Positions 16,518-25,241 of a DNA stretch of 26,418 nt are shown here, in pieces. Positions within the stretch are counted from its first letter, which is position 1, and every line of letters starts with the position of its first letter. This DNA is from Chthoniobacteraceae bacterium. GTDB taxonomy: Bacteria; Verrucomicrobiota; Verrucomicrobiia; Chthoniobacterales; Chthoniobacteraceae. The DNA lies in assembly GCA_037190965.1 (NCBI GenBank), contig JBBCKI010000014.1, forward strand, positions 1 to 26,418. The letters run 5' to 3'. Position numbers and translations under genes: made by a program. Under the pieces are notes generated by a model. It was not told the DNA's origin, ran no database searches, and saw nothing but the letters and a program-made list of their open reading frames with translations.

Positions 16518-17489
16518 TTAAAAAATCCGGTCCCGTAGCGGCTCACCGTCCAGAAAGCGACGGAAGTTTTCGAGGAAATGCCGGATGAGGCTTTCGGATT
16601 CATTCTGATGCCCGCCCGCGATATGCGGGGTGATGTAACAATTCTCCAAACCAACCAGCGGATGGCCGGACGGCAACGGCTCCGGGTCGGTCACATCAAG
16701 CCACGCAGCACCCAGATGGCCCGAGCGAAGGGACTCCGCGAGAGCATCCTGATCCACCGTCGTCCCGCGGCCTATATTATAGAAAGCCGCTCCCGCTTTC
16801 ATCTGCCCAAAACGCTCGCCGGTGAAGAAACCCCGCGAATCCGCATTATCCGGCAGGATGTTCACCACATGATCGGCTGAAGCCAATGCCTCCGGCAACT
16901 CGGCGAACGTGATGATCGGAACCTCCTCGTTCCCTTCCGGCTTGCGACGCAGAGCGGTGATTCGCGGGCCGAGGGGCGCGAGCATCCGCACGAGGCACCT
17001 CGCGATGGCGCCGTAACCGAGAATCAAGACCGATTGATTCCGCAGAAGCAGGGACCCGTGGCGGAGTTCCTTCCATTCCGGCGAACGGTTGTCGCAGCGG
17101 ACCTTCAGGCTGCGGGGCAATTGGCGCGTCTCGGCCAGCATGAACGCCAGCACCTGCGCCGCGCACGGCTCATCGTAGACGCTGGAGCTGTTGGTGAAAA
17201 TCACCCCGCGCGCCTGCGTCTCCGCTCGGAACTCCGGCGTGTCGTACCGGGTAAACCCCGCGGAACTGAGCTGCACCCAGCGGAGCGATTCCGAAACCAA
17301 CACCCTCGCCGGGTCAGGCTGACCCAGAACGATATCAATGCCCTCCACTGAATAAGAAGCGGTGGCGAGAACGGAAGCCACCCCCACCTGGGGAAGAATC
17401 AATTCATGCGGCGCAATGCCTCGCCGCAACAACTCCAGGGAGGCTTCATCAAAAGGCGTGTCCGAAAGGACCCGAAATTTACGGTTCAT
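16518..17489 (-). CDS. D-isomer-specific 2-hydroxyacid dehydrogenase
   Basis: LRWVQLSSAG, ILGYGAIA, NIGRG, LDVTDPEPLP, ITPHIAG. Confidence 0.93.
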   Translation of the reverse strand: MNRKFRVLSDTPFDEASLELLRRGIAPHELILPQVGVASVLATASYSVEGIDIVLGQPDPARVLVSESLRWVQLSSAGFTRYDTPEFRAETQARGVIFTNSSSVYDEPCAAQVLAFMLAETRQLPRSLKVRCDNRSPEWKELRHGSLLLRNQSVLILGYGAIARCLVRMLAPLGPRITALRRKPEGNEEVPIITFAELPEALASADHVVNILPDNADSRGFFTGERFGQMKAGAAFYNIGRGTTVDQDALAESLRSGHLGAAWLDVTDPEPLPSGHPLVGLENCYITPHIAGGHQNESESLIRHFLENFRRFLDGEPLRDRIF

Positions 17490-17597
17490 AAAAGGTTAAA
17501 GAAACGTGCCATGAAGCCCTCCCCCGTTCCAGAAATTCAAGATCCGTCGCCGTCGAAACAAAAATCGGCCCGGCTTTTCCCATCAAAGCTGCCGAGT

Positions 17598-17770
17598 TAG
17601 CGTTTCTCGAAAATAATTTCCGAAAGGCAATGGGAGCGCCGTGGCTTCTGGAGCAAGGAGCAGAGCGCAGTGGCTGGGGCCGCAGTGCCCCTGCCCAAGC
17701 TCAGCGACGCCGCGCCAGAGGCCGCGCCGCCCCAGTGCCGCCGGAAAGGATTTTTGAGAGACGCTCTAGA
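17598..17770. mobile_element. Palindromic MITE-like repeat, copy 2 (173 bp)
   Basis: Direct repeat of 9463..9634 with about six substitutions and one indel. Confidence 0.85.
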
Positions 17771-17778
17771 GAAAACTC

Positions 17779-17806
17779 TTGCCATTTTTAGCGCTCCCCC
17801 TATTTT
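17779..17806 (+). promoter_or_regulatory. Candidate sigma70 promoter of rpmI
   Basis: TTGCCA (17779-84), 16 bp, TATTTT (17801-06). This would give a nearly leaderless rpmI mRNA, and no SD is visible. Confidence 0.45.
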
Positions 17807-17815
17807 TCCCACCCC

Positions 17816-18025
17816 ATGCCAAAGTCCATCGCACGTCGCAAGACCAAGAAGGCCGCGGCCAAGCGGTTCAAGATCACGGGAACGGGCAAAATCCTCCGTT
17901 CGCACGCGGGCAAACGGCACTTGCTGCAAAGCAAGAGCGCCAAGCGCAAGCGTCAGGCGGCGAAAGCCGGCCTCGTGGACAAAACCGACATGGCTCGGAT
18001 TAAAGAAACCCTGCCGTTCGCGTAA
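17816..18025 (+). CDS. rpmI: 50S ribosomal protein L35
   Basis: KTKKAAAKRFKITGTGKI..AGKRHLL..KSAKRKR, upstream of rplT. Confidence 0.97.
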   Translation: MPKSIARRKTKKAAAKRFKITGTGKILRSHAGKRHLLQSKSAKRKRQAAKAGLVDKTDMARIKETLPFA

Positions 18026-18166
18026 GCTTGGAGGTCACCCTCCAAGCCTAAACGAGCCTAACGGGCGCATCTGTCCTCCCTGACCCCATCACGGGATCTC
18101 ATCAGCGAGCGAGGCAGGACAGAATGCTTAACACTACCAACAGCACGCTGAAAGAAAGGATAAAAC

Positions 18167-18538
18167 ATGCCAAGAGCAACTAACGCACCCGCCAGCCGCG
18201 AACGCCGCAAGCGGATGCTCGACAAAGCCAAGGGCTTCCGGGGCCGCAGGTCCAAACTGTTCCGCTACGCGAAAAACGCGATCATGAAGGCGGAATACTG
18301 GTCGTACCGCGACCGGAAGAACCGCAAACGGATGTTCCGCCGCCTGTGGGTGACGCGTCTCAACGCCGCTGCCCGCGCCAACGGACTCACCTACAGCCGA
18401 TTTATGGAAGGACTCCGCGCCAGCGGCAGCCAGCTCGACCGGAAGGTTCTGGCCGACCTCGCCGTCACCGACGAGACCGCCTTCCAGGCCATCGTCAAGA
18501 AGGCCATCGCCGCTCTCGAGCGCAAAAAGGCCGCTTAA
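18167..18538 (+). CDS. rplT: 50S ribosomal protein L20
   Basis: AKGFRGRRSK, YRDRKNRKRMFRRLWVTRLNAAAR, LDRKVLADLA. AAGGA SD upstream. Confidence 0.98.
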   Translation: MPRATNAPASRERRKRMLDKAKGFRGRRSKLFRYAKNAIMKAEYWSYRDRKNRKRMFRRLWVTRLNAAARANGLTYSRFMEGLRASGSQLDRKVLADLAVTDETAFQAIVKKAIAALERKKAA

Positions 18539-18568
18539 TCACAGCTTTAAGAGCTTTAGACTCTCATC

Positions 18569-18605
18569 CGGCCAGCGGCTGCCCAGCAGTCGCTGGCCGT
18601 TTTTT
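18569..18605 (+). terminator. Intrinsic terminator after rplT
   Basis: CGGCCAGCGGCTGC-CCA-GCAGTCGCTGGCCG followed by T6. Confidence 0.85.
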
Positions 18606-18630
18606 GTGACGCTCCAAAATGGTGCGGAAG

Positions 18631-18766
18631 CACCGGTAGCCCGCTCGCGCCGCCGAGCGCGGGTATCGGCTCCCGCGGCTTCAAAAGGTAATAGCCCGTC
18701 CGGCGGGGATGGATGCCCAACGCGACTCTTCACCGCTCCCGCGCTCTCGGCGAGAGCGGGCTACCT
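18631..18766. repeat. REPIN-like element, copy 2 (inverted relative to copy 1)
   Basis: 18737..18766 is the exact 30-nt reverse complement of 15301..15330. Shared internal blocks include GGGTATCGGCTCCC and GCGGGGATGGATGCC. Confidence 0.85.
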
Positions 18767-18862
18767 TGGCTGATTTCCCAAAGGGGCGAGTCCTCCGCGT
18801 CCGCCACGATTGCCTTCGAACCTTTCCCGTTATAAAGATAACCCTTTTCTCCTTTCTTCATC

Positions 18863-19876
18863 ATGGATCAGCAACTTGAACATTCCCGCACCGAGGCGCT
18901 CGCGGCCATTGCCGCCGCCGGTGACGAAGCGGGGCTCGAAGCCGTGCGCGTCAAATACCTGGGCCGCTCGGGCACCATCTCTCTTGCCAGCGAGGGGATG
19001 AAATCGCTCCCCAAAGAGGACAAGCCGCGCATCGGCAAGCTCCTCAACGAAGTCCGCACCGCCGTCACCTCCGCTCTCGACGAGCGGAAAGCGGCGCTGG
19101 AGGCCGAACGCGACTCCAAGGCGCTCGGCAGCGTCGATATTTCCCTTCCCGGTTCGGTGCTCCCTGCCGGGTCGATCCACCCGATCACGCAGCTTCTCGA
19201 CCGCGCCATCCAGATTTTCCGCCAGATGGGCTTCGCCCTGGCTGACGGCCCGGACATCGAGACCGAGTGGCATTGTTTCGACGCGCTTAACACCCCGGCG
19301 GATCACCCCGCCCGCAACGAGCAGGACACCTTCTACCTTCCCGACGGCCGCCTCCTGAGGACGCAGACCTCCACGGTTCAGATCCGCACGATGGAGCAGA
19401 CGCCGCCCCCCGTGCGCATCATCGCCCCGGGCGGGGTCTACCGCCGCGACGAAGTGGACGCCACGCACCTCGCGCAATTCACGCAGATCGAAGGGCTCTA
19501 CGTCGACAAGGGCGTGACGCTCGGCGACCTCAAGGGGACCATCGAATTCTTCTTCCGCGAACTGCTCGGCAATGACGTGCAGGTACGGATGCGCCCGCAC
19601 TTCTTCCCGTTCACGGAGCCGAGCTTCGAGATCGACATCAAGGCCGCCGCGCTTGGCCGGGGCGACCGCTGGCTGGAACTGGCCGGATGCGGCATGGTGG
19701 ACCCCGCCGTATTCGAAGAGATCAACTGCAAACGGGGCGACCGCGCCTACGATCCCGGCGAATACACCGGGTTCGCGTTCGGCTTCGGGCTGGACCGGCT
19801 CGCCATGATCCTGAGCGGAGTGCCCGACATCCGGCACTTCACGGAAAGCGACGTCCGCTTCCTCTCCCAGTACTAA
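18863..19876 (+). CDS. pheS: Phenylalanyl-tRNA synthetase alpha subunit
   Basis: FDALNTPADHPARNEQDTFY, LLRTQTS, YRRDEVDATH, FPFTEPS, GCGMV, GFAFGFGLDRLAM. Confidence 0.98.
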   Translation: MDQQLEHSRTEALAAIAAAGDEAGLEAVRVKYLGRSGTISLASEGMKSLPKEDKPRIGKLLNEVRTAVTSALDERKAALEAERDSKALGSVDISLPGSVLPAGSIHPITQLLDRAIQIFRQMGFALADGPDIETEWHCFDALNTPADHPARNEQDTFYLPDGRLLRTQTSTVQIRTMEQTPPPVRIIAPGGVYRRDEVDATHLAQFTQIEGLYVDKGVTLGDLKGTIEFFFRELLGNDVQVRMRPHFFPFTEPSFEIDIKAAALGRGDRWLELAGCGMVDPAVFEEINCKRGDRAYDPGEYTGFAFGFGLDRLAMILSGVPDIRHFTESDVRFLSQY

Positions 19877-19894
19877 TTTCCACGGCATCGAAGT

Positions 19895-22264
19895 ATGAAA
19901 GTTTCTCTCAACTGGCTCAAAGAACTGGTCGAACTCCCGGCTGACACGGCTGCTCTCTGCGATCTGCTCACCAAGGCAGGCGTGGAGGTGGAGGGCGTGG
20001 AAGAGCGCGGCGTGGCCATCGATAAGGTCGTCGTGGCGCAGATCCTCGAATCGACCCAGCACCCCAACGCCGATCGCCTGAGCGTCTGCCAGGTGGACGA
20101 CGGCTCCGGCCAACCGCGCCAGATCGTCTGCGGCGCAAAGAACTACAAAGTCGGCGACAAGGTTCCCCTCGCCCTCCCCGGCGCGGCGCTTCCCGGCGAT
20201 TTCAAGATCAAGGCAGGCAAACTGCGCGGCGTGCTGAGCGAAGGGATGATGTGCAGCGGCAAGGAACTCGGGATCGCCGACGACGCCGACGGCCTTCTCA
20301 TCCTCCCGCCCGCCGCCAACCCCGGCACTCTGGTCGGCGAACTCTTCCCGGCAGACACCATCCTTGACCTGGAGGTGACCCCGAACCGCCCCGACCTGCT
20401 CAGCCACGTCGGCATGGCACGGGAGATCGCCACGCTGGTCAACAAGCCGCTCACGCTCCCCGCCGGCGTCATTGCCGCTGCAACCTCCGCGACGGCACCC
20501 GCCACCGACATCACCCTGGAAGCCCCCGCCGCAGGCCCATTCTATACGGCCCGCCGCGTCCGTGGCGTGAAGGTCGGCCCCAGCCCGGAATGGCTCCGCT
20601 CCAAGCTGGAAGCCGCCGGACTGCGCGCGATCAACAACATCGTCGACGTGACCAACTACGTCATGCTCGAGCTCGGGCAGCCGCTCCACGCCTTTGACCT
20701 CGCGAAGCTCGACGGCGGCATCCGCGTCCGTACCGCACAGGAGGGCGAAACCTTCCTCGCGCTCGACGGCAAGAGCTACCCGCTCGCGGCCAATCACCTC
20801 GTCATCGCCGACGCCAGCCGCGCCCTCGCGATCGCGGGCATCATGGGCGGCGAAGAGAGCGGCGTGACCGAGGCCACCACCGACATTCTTCTGGAGAGCG
20901 CCTACTTCACCCCTTCGGGCATTCGCCGCGCGTCACGGGAGCTCGGCCTTTCCAGCGATTCCAGCTACCGCTTCGAACGGGGGGTGGACCCGGAGGGCGT
21001 TCTGCGAGCCTCGGCCCGCGCCATCGGCCTCATTCTCGAAGTCGCAGGCGGCACCGCCGAACCCGCGACCTCCGTTGCCGGAAATGCGCCCACCTTCGGG
21101 CAGACGGTTCCGTTCAGCCTCGACCGCTGCAACGCCATCCTCGGCTCCAGCGTGTCGCAGGCACAGGCGGACCAGATCCTCTCCGGCTTCGGCCTGGAGA
21201 AGAGTGGCGACGGCTGGAAGGTCCCTTCGTTCCGGCAGGACCTCACCCGCGAGATCGATCTCATTGAAGAAATCGCCCGCGTCATCGGCATCGAAGCTGT
21301 CCCCGCCCGCGAACAGGCCCGGTTCTCCGGCCTCTCCGAAGCCGATCGCCGCCATGACCAGGCCATGCGCGTCCGCATGCTTCTTGCCGCACGCGGTTAT
21401 CGCGAAGCCCGCACGTTGACGCTGATCTCCGAACGTGGCCTGGCCCTTTTCCCGGTGGAAGAAATCCTGCGGGTTCGCAACCCGTTGAGCGAGGACCAGG
21501 TCATTCTGCGCCCATCCCTTCTCCCCGGCTTGCTGCAAGCCGTGGCACACAACGTCCGTGGCGGCACCCGCGATCTCCGGCTCTTCGAGCTGGGTCGCGT
21601 CTTCCGCGCCGGTTCGCGCGAGGAACGCACCGCCGTCGGTCTCGTATTGAGCGGAGCAGCGGTTCCCGCTTCATGGCGCGACCCGAAGCCCCGGCAGGCT
21701 GACTTCTTCGACCTCAAGGGTGACCTCGTGAGCGTCCTGCAATCGCTCAAACTCGTCGGCGCCGAAGGGCTGACCTTCGAGCCCGCCTCCCACCCCGCGC
21801 TCGCGCTGGCTGTGGAGATTCGCCTCGGTAGCAAGCCGATCGGCCTCGCGGGACAACTCTTCCCCGCCCGCGCCCGCGACCTCGATACCACGGCTCCCGT
21901 CCTTGTGGCGGAGATCGACCTCGACCTGCTGGCCAGCGTCCCGGCCCGGAGCCGATTCCAGGAATTGCCGAAGTTCCCGGCGGTCACCCGCGACATCGCA
22001 ATGCTCGCCCCGCTCGGCGTTCCGCATGGAACCATCGAGAAAGTGTTGCTCTCCTCGGGAGAAGCCTTGCTGACAAAGGTCGAACTTTTCGACGTTTTCA
22101 CCGATCCGACCGGGGAGAAAATCCCTTCGGACAAAAAATCAGTCGCCTATGCGTTGACATATCGCTCCGGTGAGCGGACACTAACCACAGAAGAAGTCGC
22201 CGAAGCCCACACCCGGCTGAAAGAGCGGCTCAAGGCGGAACTGGAAGTCAGCTTCCGCGAGTGA
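19895..22264 (+). CDS. pheT: Phenylalanyl-tRNA synthetase beta subunit
   Basis: MKVSLNWLKE, HPNADRL, IVCGAKN, TPNRPDLLS, SYRFERGVDP, DLIEEIARVIG, PKFPAVTRDIA, ERTLT. Confidence 0.98.
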   Translation: MKVSLNWLKELVELPADTAALCDLLTKAGVEVEGVEERGVAIDKVVVAQILESTQHPNADRLSVCQVDDGSGQPRQIVCGAKNYKVGDKVPLALPGAALPGDFKIKAGKLRGVLSEGMMCSGKELGIADDADGLLILPPAANPGTLVGELFPADTILDLEVTPNRPDLLSHVGMAREIATLVNKPLTLPAGVIAAATSATAPATDITLEAPAAGPFYTARRVRGVKVGPSPEWLRSKLEAAGLRAINNIVDVTNYVMLELGQPLHAFDLAKLDGGIRVRTAQEGETFLALDGKSYPLAANHLVIADASRALAIAGIMGGEESGVTEATTDILLESAYFTPSGIRRASRELGLSSDSSYRFERGVDPEGVLRASARAIGLILEVAGGTAEPATSVAGNAPTFGQTVPFSLDRCNAILGSSVSQAQADQILSGFGLEKSGDGWKVPSFRQDLTREIDLIEEIARVIGIEAVPAREQARFSGLSEADRRHDQAMRVRMLLAARGYREARTLTLISERGLALFPVEEILRVRNPLSEDQVILRPSLLPGLLQAVAHNVRGGTRDLRLFELGRVFRAGSREERTAVGLVLSGAAVPASWRDPKPRQADFFDLKGDLVSVLQSLKLVGAEGLTFEPASHPALALAVEIRLGSKPIGLAGQLFPARARDLDTTAPVLVAEIDLDLLASVPARSRFQELPKFPAVTRDIAMLAPLGVPHGTIEKVLLSSGEALLTKVELFDVFTDPTGEKIPSDKKSVAYALTYRSGERTLTTEEVAEAHTRLKERLKAELEVSFRE

Positions 22265-22481
22265 TCTTTTCCAATTTGAAAGAGTTCCCATGAACCAGCT
22301 AAGGAATCGCTGATTAAATGGAGCATGACGAAAGCGCAGGCAGTTTGGATGGATTTCCAAGCCGATTTTCCGCAGCCTGTCTCAAGACAGGTGAGGAAAA
22401 ATCGGGTTGGAAAGACGCCAAAATGACCAGCTTGCGGCATAGCTCGCTTTAATCTGCGGTTCCCTAATGGGGCTCTGAAGA

Positions 22482-22660
22482 TTTACCCTGCGTTGTTCGA
22501 GATTCAGGCGGCATACTCCCGGACCGATATTTCGTCCAATAGGAGGCCAAATTCGCGCGGCAATGACATGCCTTCACTGGAAGTCAGCGCCACGTGTGAG
22601 GTCATCCACCGTTTCCTTAGGGGAACGGGAAATGCTCCTTAACGGCATCTGCGGGGTAAA
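22482..22660 (+). ncRNA. ssrS: 6S RNA (probable)
   Basis: About 180 nt. Closing stem TTTACCCTGC../..GCGGGGTAAA. Ordered motifs match E. coli 6S as recalled: CCCTGCGTTGTTCG (vs CTCTGAGATGTTCG), CCGATATTTC (identical), CATCCACC (vs CATTCACC), CGGCATCT. Followed directly by a terminator. Confidence 0.82.
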
Positions 22661-22663
22661 ATT

Positions 22664-22710
22664 TCTCGAAGCCTCGTTAACCCTGGGGCTTCGAGACCCT
22701 TTTTTCTTTT
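22664..22710 (+). terminator. Intrinsic terminator after 6S RNA
   Basis: TCTCGAAGCCTC..GGGGCTTCGAGA stem followed by cccTTTTTTCTTTT. Confidence 0.7.
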
Positions 22711-22720
22711 CTCCCTATAA

Positions 22721-22774
22721 GGCGCCTTCGATGGTGATCGTTGAGGATCATTCATCGGAGGCGCCGCTTTTTTT
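22721..22774 (+). terminator. Second terminator-like hairpin
   Basis: GGCGCCTTCGATGGTGATC..GATCATTCATCGGAGGCGCC followed by gcT7. Confidence 0.65.
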
Positions 22775-22811
22775 CGGGCTCATTCGGTAGGGACAGAGAC
22801 ATGGGCCTTCA

Positions 22812-22910
22812 CGGCGTCGTGGAACTCCGCCCTCCGGTGGAAGACGCTACCGCGCCTGTCCTGCGCGCGCTTGCCGCGCGGTCGTCGGAGGGCGAAGCTC
22901 CGCGACGCCG
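22812..22910. repeat. Inverted pair of 25-bp REP-like units (GGAG-type)
   Basis: Reverse complement of 22812..22836 (CGGAGGGCGGAGTTCCACGACGCCG) versus 22886..22910 (CGGAGGGCGAAGCTCCGCGACGCCG): 22/25 identical. Confidence 0.65.
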
Positions 22911-23100
22911 CCAAGCCGCAGGCTCACTTTCTTGCAGCCCAAGGCCAAAACCGCCCTCCAACTCCCTCTCTCCCAAGGTTTTTACGAAATCCGACGCAGG
23001 CTCTTGCCATCAGAGAACTGAATGGTTACACATATCAGAACCGCTCATACTATCGGACTTTTCCACCCTCATCCGATCGACGCGGGCATTTCATCGAACC

Positions 23101-24294
23101 ATGAACATCCACGAATATCAGGCACGGGAGCTTTTTGAAAAATTTGGCGTCGCCACTCCCGGCGGCAAAGTGGCCAGCACCCCTGCAGAGGCGGAGGCCA
23201 TCGCCCTGAAACTCGGCACCGACAAAATTGTCGTCAAGGCCCAGATCCATGCAGGCGGACGCGGCAAAGGTACCTTCACCAACGGCTTTCAGGGTGGCGT
23301 TCACCTTGTCAAGACCCCACAGGAAGCGTGCGCGGTTGCCGAAAAAATGCTCGGGCAGACGCTGGTGACCCACCAGACGGGCCCGGAAGGCCGCCTCGTG
23401 CAGAAGATTTTCGTGGCGGAAGCCGCCGAGATTGCCAAGGAACTTTACATCGCCATCCTCCTCGACCGCGCCACCTCGGCCCCGATCGTCATCGCCAGCA
23501 CCGAAGGCGGCATGGACATCGAGGCAGTGGCAGAGCACACGCCGGAGAAGATTTTCCAGGAACTGGTTCACCCGCTCCTCGGCCTCCAACCTTATCAGGC
23601 CCGCAAGATTGCCGCCGCGCTCGGCCTCAAAGGAAAGCAGGCCGCCCAGGGCGCCAAGCTCATCCTCGCGCTCTACAAGTGTTTCATCGAGAGCGATTGC
23701 TCAATGGTCGAAGTCAACCCGCTCGTCGTCACCACCGCCGGAGAAGTCCAGGCGCTCGACGCGAAGTTCAACTTCGACGACAACGCCCTCTACCGTCACC
23801 CGGAAATCGTTGCCCTGCGCGACACCACGGAAGAAGACCCCCGTGAAGTCGAGGCCTCCAAGTTCGGCCTCAACTACATCGGGCTCGACGGCAACATCGC
23901 CTGCCTCGTCAACGGCGCGGGCCTCGCGATGGCCACGATGGACATCATCCAGCACTACGGCGGCTCCCCGGCCAACTTCCTCGACGTAGGGGGTGGCGCG
24001 ACCAAGGAGCAGGTCACGGCGGCCTTCAAGATCATCCTCGGCGACGCGAAAGTCGAAGGTATTCTGGTCAACATCTTCGGGGGCATCATGCGCTGCGACA
24101 TCATCGCGGAAGGCATTCTGGCCGCCGTGCAGGAAACCAACCTCACCCTTCCGCTGGTCGTCCGGCTGGAAGGCTCCAACGTGGACCTCGGCAAGAAGAT
24201 CATCCGCGAAAGCGGTCTCGCCGTCATCAGCGCGGATTCACTCGACGACGGCGCCCAGAAGGTCGTCGCCGCGGTCAAAGCCTCTTCCAAGTAA
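23101..24294 (+). CDS. sucC: Succinyl-CoA synthetase beta subunit
   Basis: [64 protein letters not shown]. Start trimmed to ATG 23101. Confidence 0.98.
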   Translation: MNIHEYQARELFEKFGVATPGGKVASTPAEAEAIALKLGTDKIVVKAQIHAGGRGKGTFTNGFQGGVHLVKTPQEACAVAEKMLGQTLVTHQTGPEGRLVQKIFVAEAAEIAKELYIAILLDRATSAPIVIASTEGGMDIEAVAEHTPEKIFQELVHPLLGLQPYQARKIAAALGLKGKQAAQGAKLILALYKCFIESDCSMVEVNPLVVTTAGEVQALDAKFNFDDNALYRHPEIVALRDTTEEDPREVEASKFGLNYIGLDGNIACLVNGAGLAMATMDIIQHYGGSPANFLDVGGGATKEQVTAAFKIILGDAKVEGILVNIFGGIMRCDIIAEGILAAVQETNLTLPLVVRLEGSNVDLGKKIIRESGLAVISADSLDDGAQKVVAAVKASSK

Positions 24295-24312
24295 CGCAAA
24301 GCTCTCTGAACC

Positions 24313-25218
24313 ATGTCCATTCTCGTCACTCCACAAACCCGAGTCCTCGTACAGGGCATCACCGGCAGCTTCGGAGCGCGCCACACGCAACTCTCCCTCG
24401 CCTACGGCACGCAGATCGTTGCGGGCGTCACGCCCGGCAAAGGCGGACAGAAATTTGAAGAGGTCGTTCCGATCTTCGACACCGTCGGCGAAGCCGCCCG
24501 GGAAACCGGCGCAACCGCCTCCGCCATCTTCGTCCCGCCGCCCTTCGCGGCTGACGCCATTCTGGAAGGCCTCGATGCCGGTCTCGACCTGATCGTCTGC
24601 ATCACCGAAGGCATCCCCGTCAACGACATGGTGAAGGTCAAGGCCGCCATGAAAGGCAGCAAGACCCGCCTCATCGGGCCAAACTGCCCCGGCCTTGTCA
24701 CTCCCGGCGAAGGCCCGGACTCGCACGGCGGCTGCCGCATCGGCATCGCCCCCGGTTACATCCACAAGAAGGGGAACGTCGGCGTCGTCTCCCGCTCCGG
24801 CACGTTGACCTACGAAGCCGTCTGGCAGCTCACCACCCGTGGCTACGGGCAGAGCACCTGCGTCGGCATCGGTGGCGACCCGGTCAATGGCACCTCGCAC
24901 CTCGATGTCCTCAAGATGTTCAACGAAGACCCCGAAACCGAAGCGATCATCATGATCGGCGAGATCGGCGGCACGGCGGAAGAAGAAGCCGCCGCCTGGG
25001 CCAAGGAAAACTGCAAGAAGCCGATTGCCGGTTTCATCGCCGGGGCCACCGCGCCTCCCGGACGCCGCATGGGCCACGCCGGAGCCATTGTCTCCGGGGG
25101 CAAAGGCACCGCCGCCGCGAAGATCGAGGCACTCCGCGACGCCGGAATCGCCATTGCCGAGACGCCTTCCGTCATGGCCGACACGCTCATTAAACACATT
25201 CAGTCCCGCAAAGGATAA
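24313..25218 (+). CDS. sucD: Succinyl-CoA synthetase alpha subunit
   Basis: [45 protein letters not shown]. Confidence 0.98.
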   Translation: MSILVTPQTRVLVQGITGSFGARHTQLSLAYGTQIVAGVTPGKGGQKFEEVVPIFDTVGEAARETGATASAIFVPPPFAADAILEGLDAGLDLIVCITEGIPVNDMVKVKAAMKGSKTRLIGPNCPGLVTPGEGPDSHGGCRIGIAPGYIHKKGNVGVVSRSGTLTYEAVWQLTTRGYGQSTCVGIGGDPVNGTSHLDVLKMFNEDPETEAIIMIGEIGGTAEEEAAAWAKENCKKPIAGFIAGATAPPGRRMGHAGAIVSGGKGTAAAKIEALRDAGIAIAETPSVMADTLIKHIQSRKG

Positions 25219-25241
25219 CCCCCAGAAAGGAACCGTACCCC

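Noticed and set aside
18830..20797. 655-aa antisense ORF over pheS/pheT (also 5502..7160, 7797..8927, 24238..25197, 25323..26270, 14228..15289)
   Set aside because: These are shadow ORFs expected from GC-rich codon bias opposite well-supported genes, and they contain no recognisable motifs.
22469..22660. tmRNA or RNase P interpretation of the pheT-sucC spacer
   Set aside because: There is no T-arm/CCA 3' end, no tag ORF and no GAGGAAAGTCC motif. Size and motifs fit 6S better.
23004..23032. TTGCCA-17-TACACA candidate sucC promoter (also TTGACA at 9685 upstream of the lipoprotein)
   Set aside because: The -10 matches are too weak to call without TSS data.
22741..23100. 120-aa N-terminal extension of SucC
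   Set aside because: It runs through terminator and REP-like sequence. The canonical MNIHEYQ start is at 23101.
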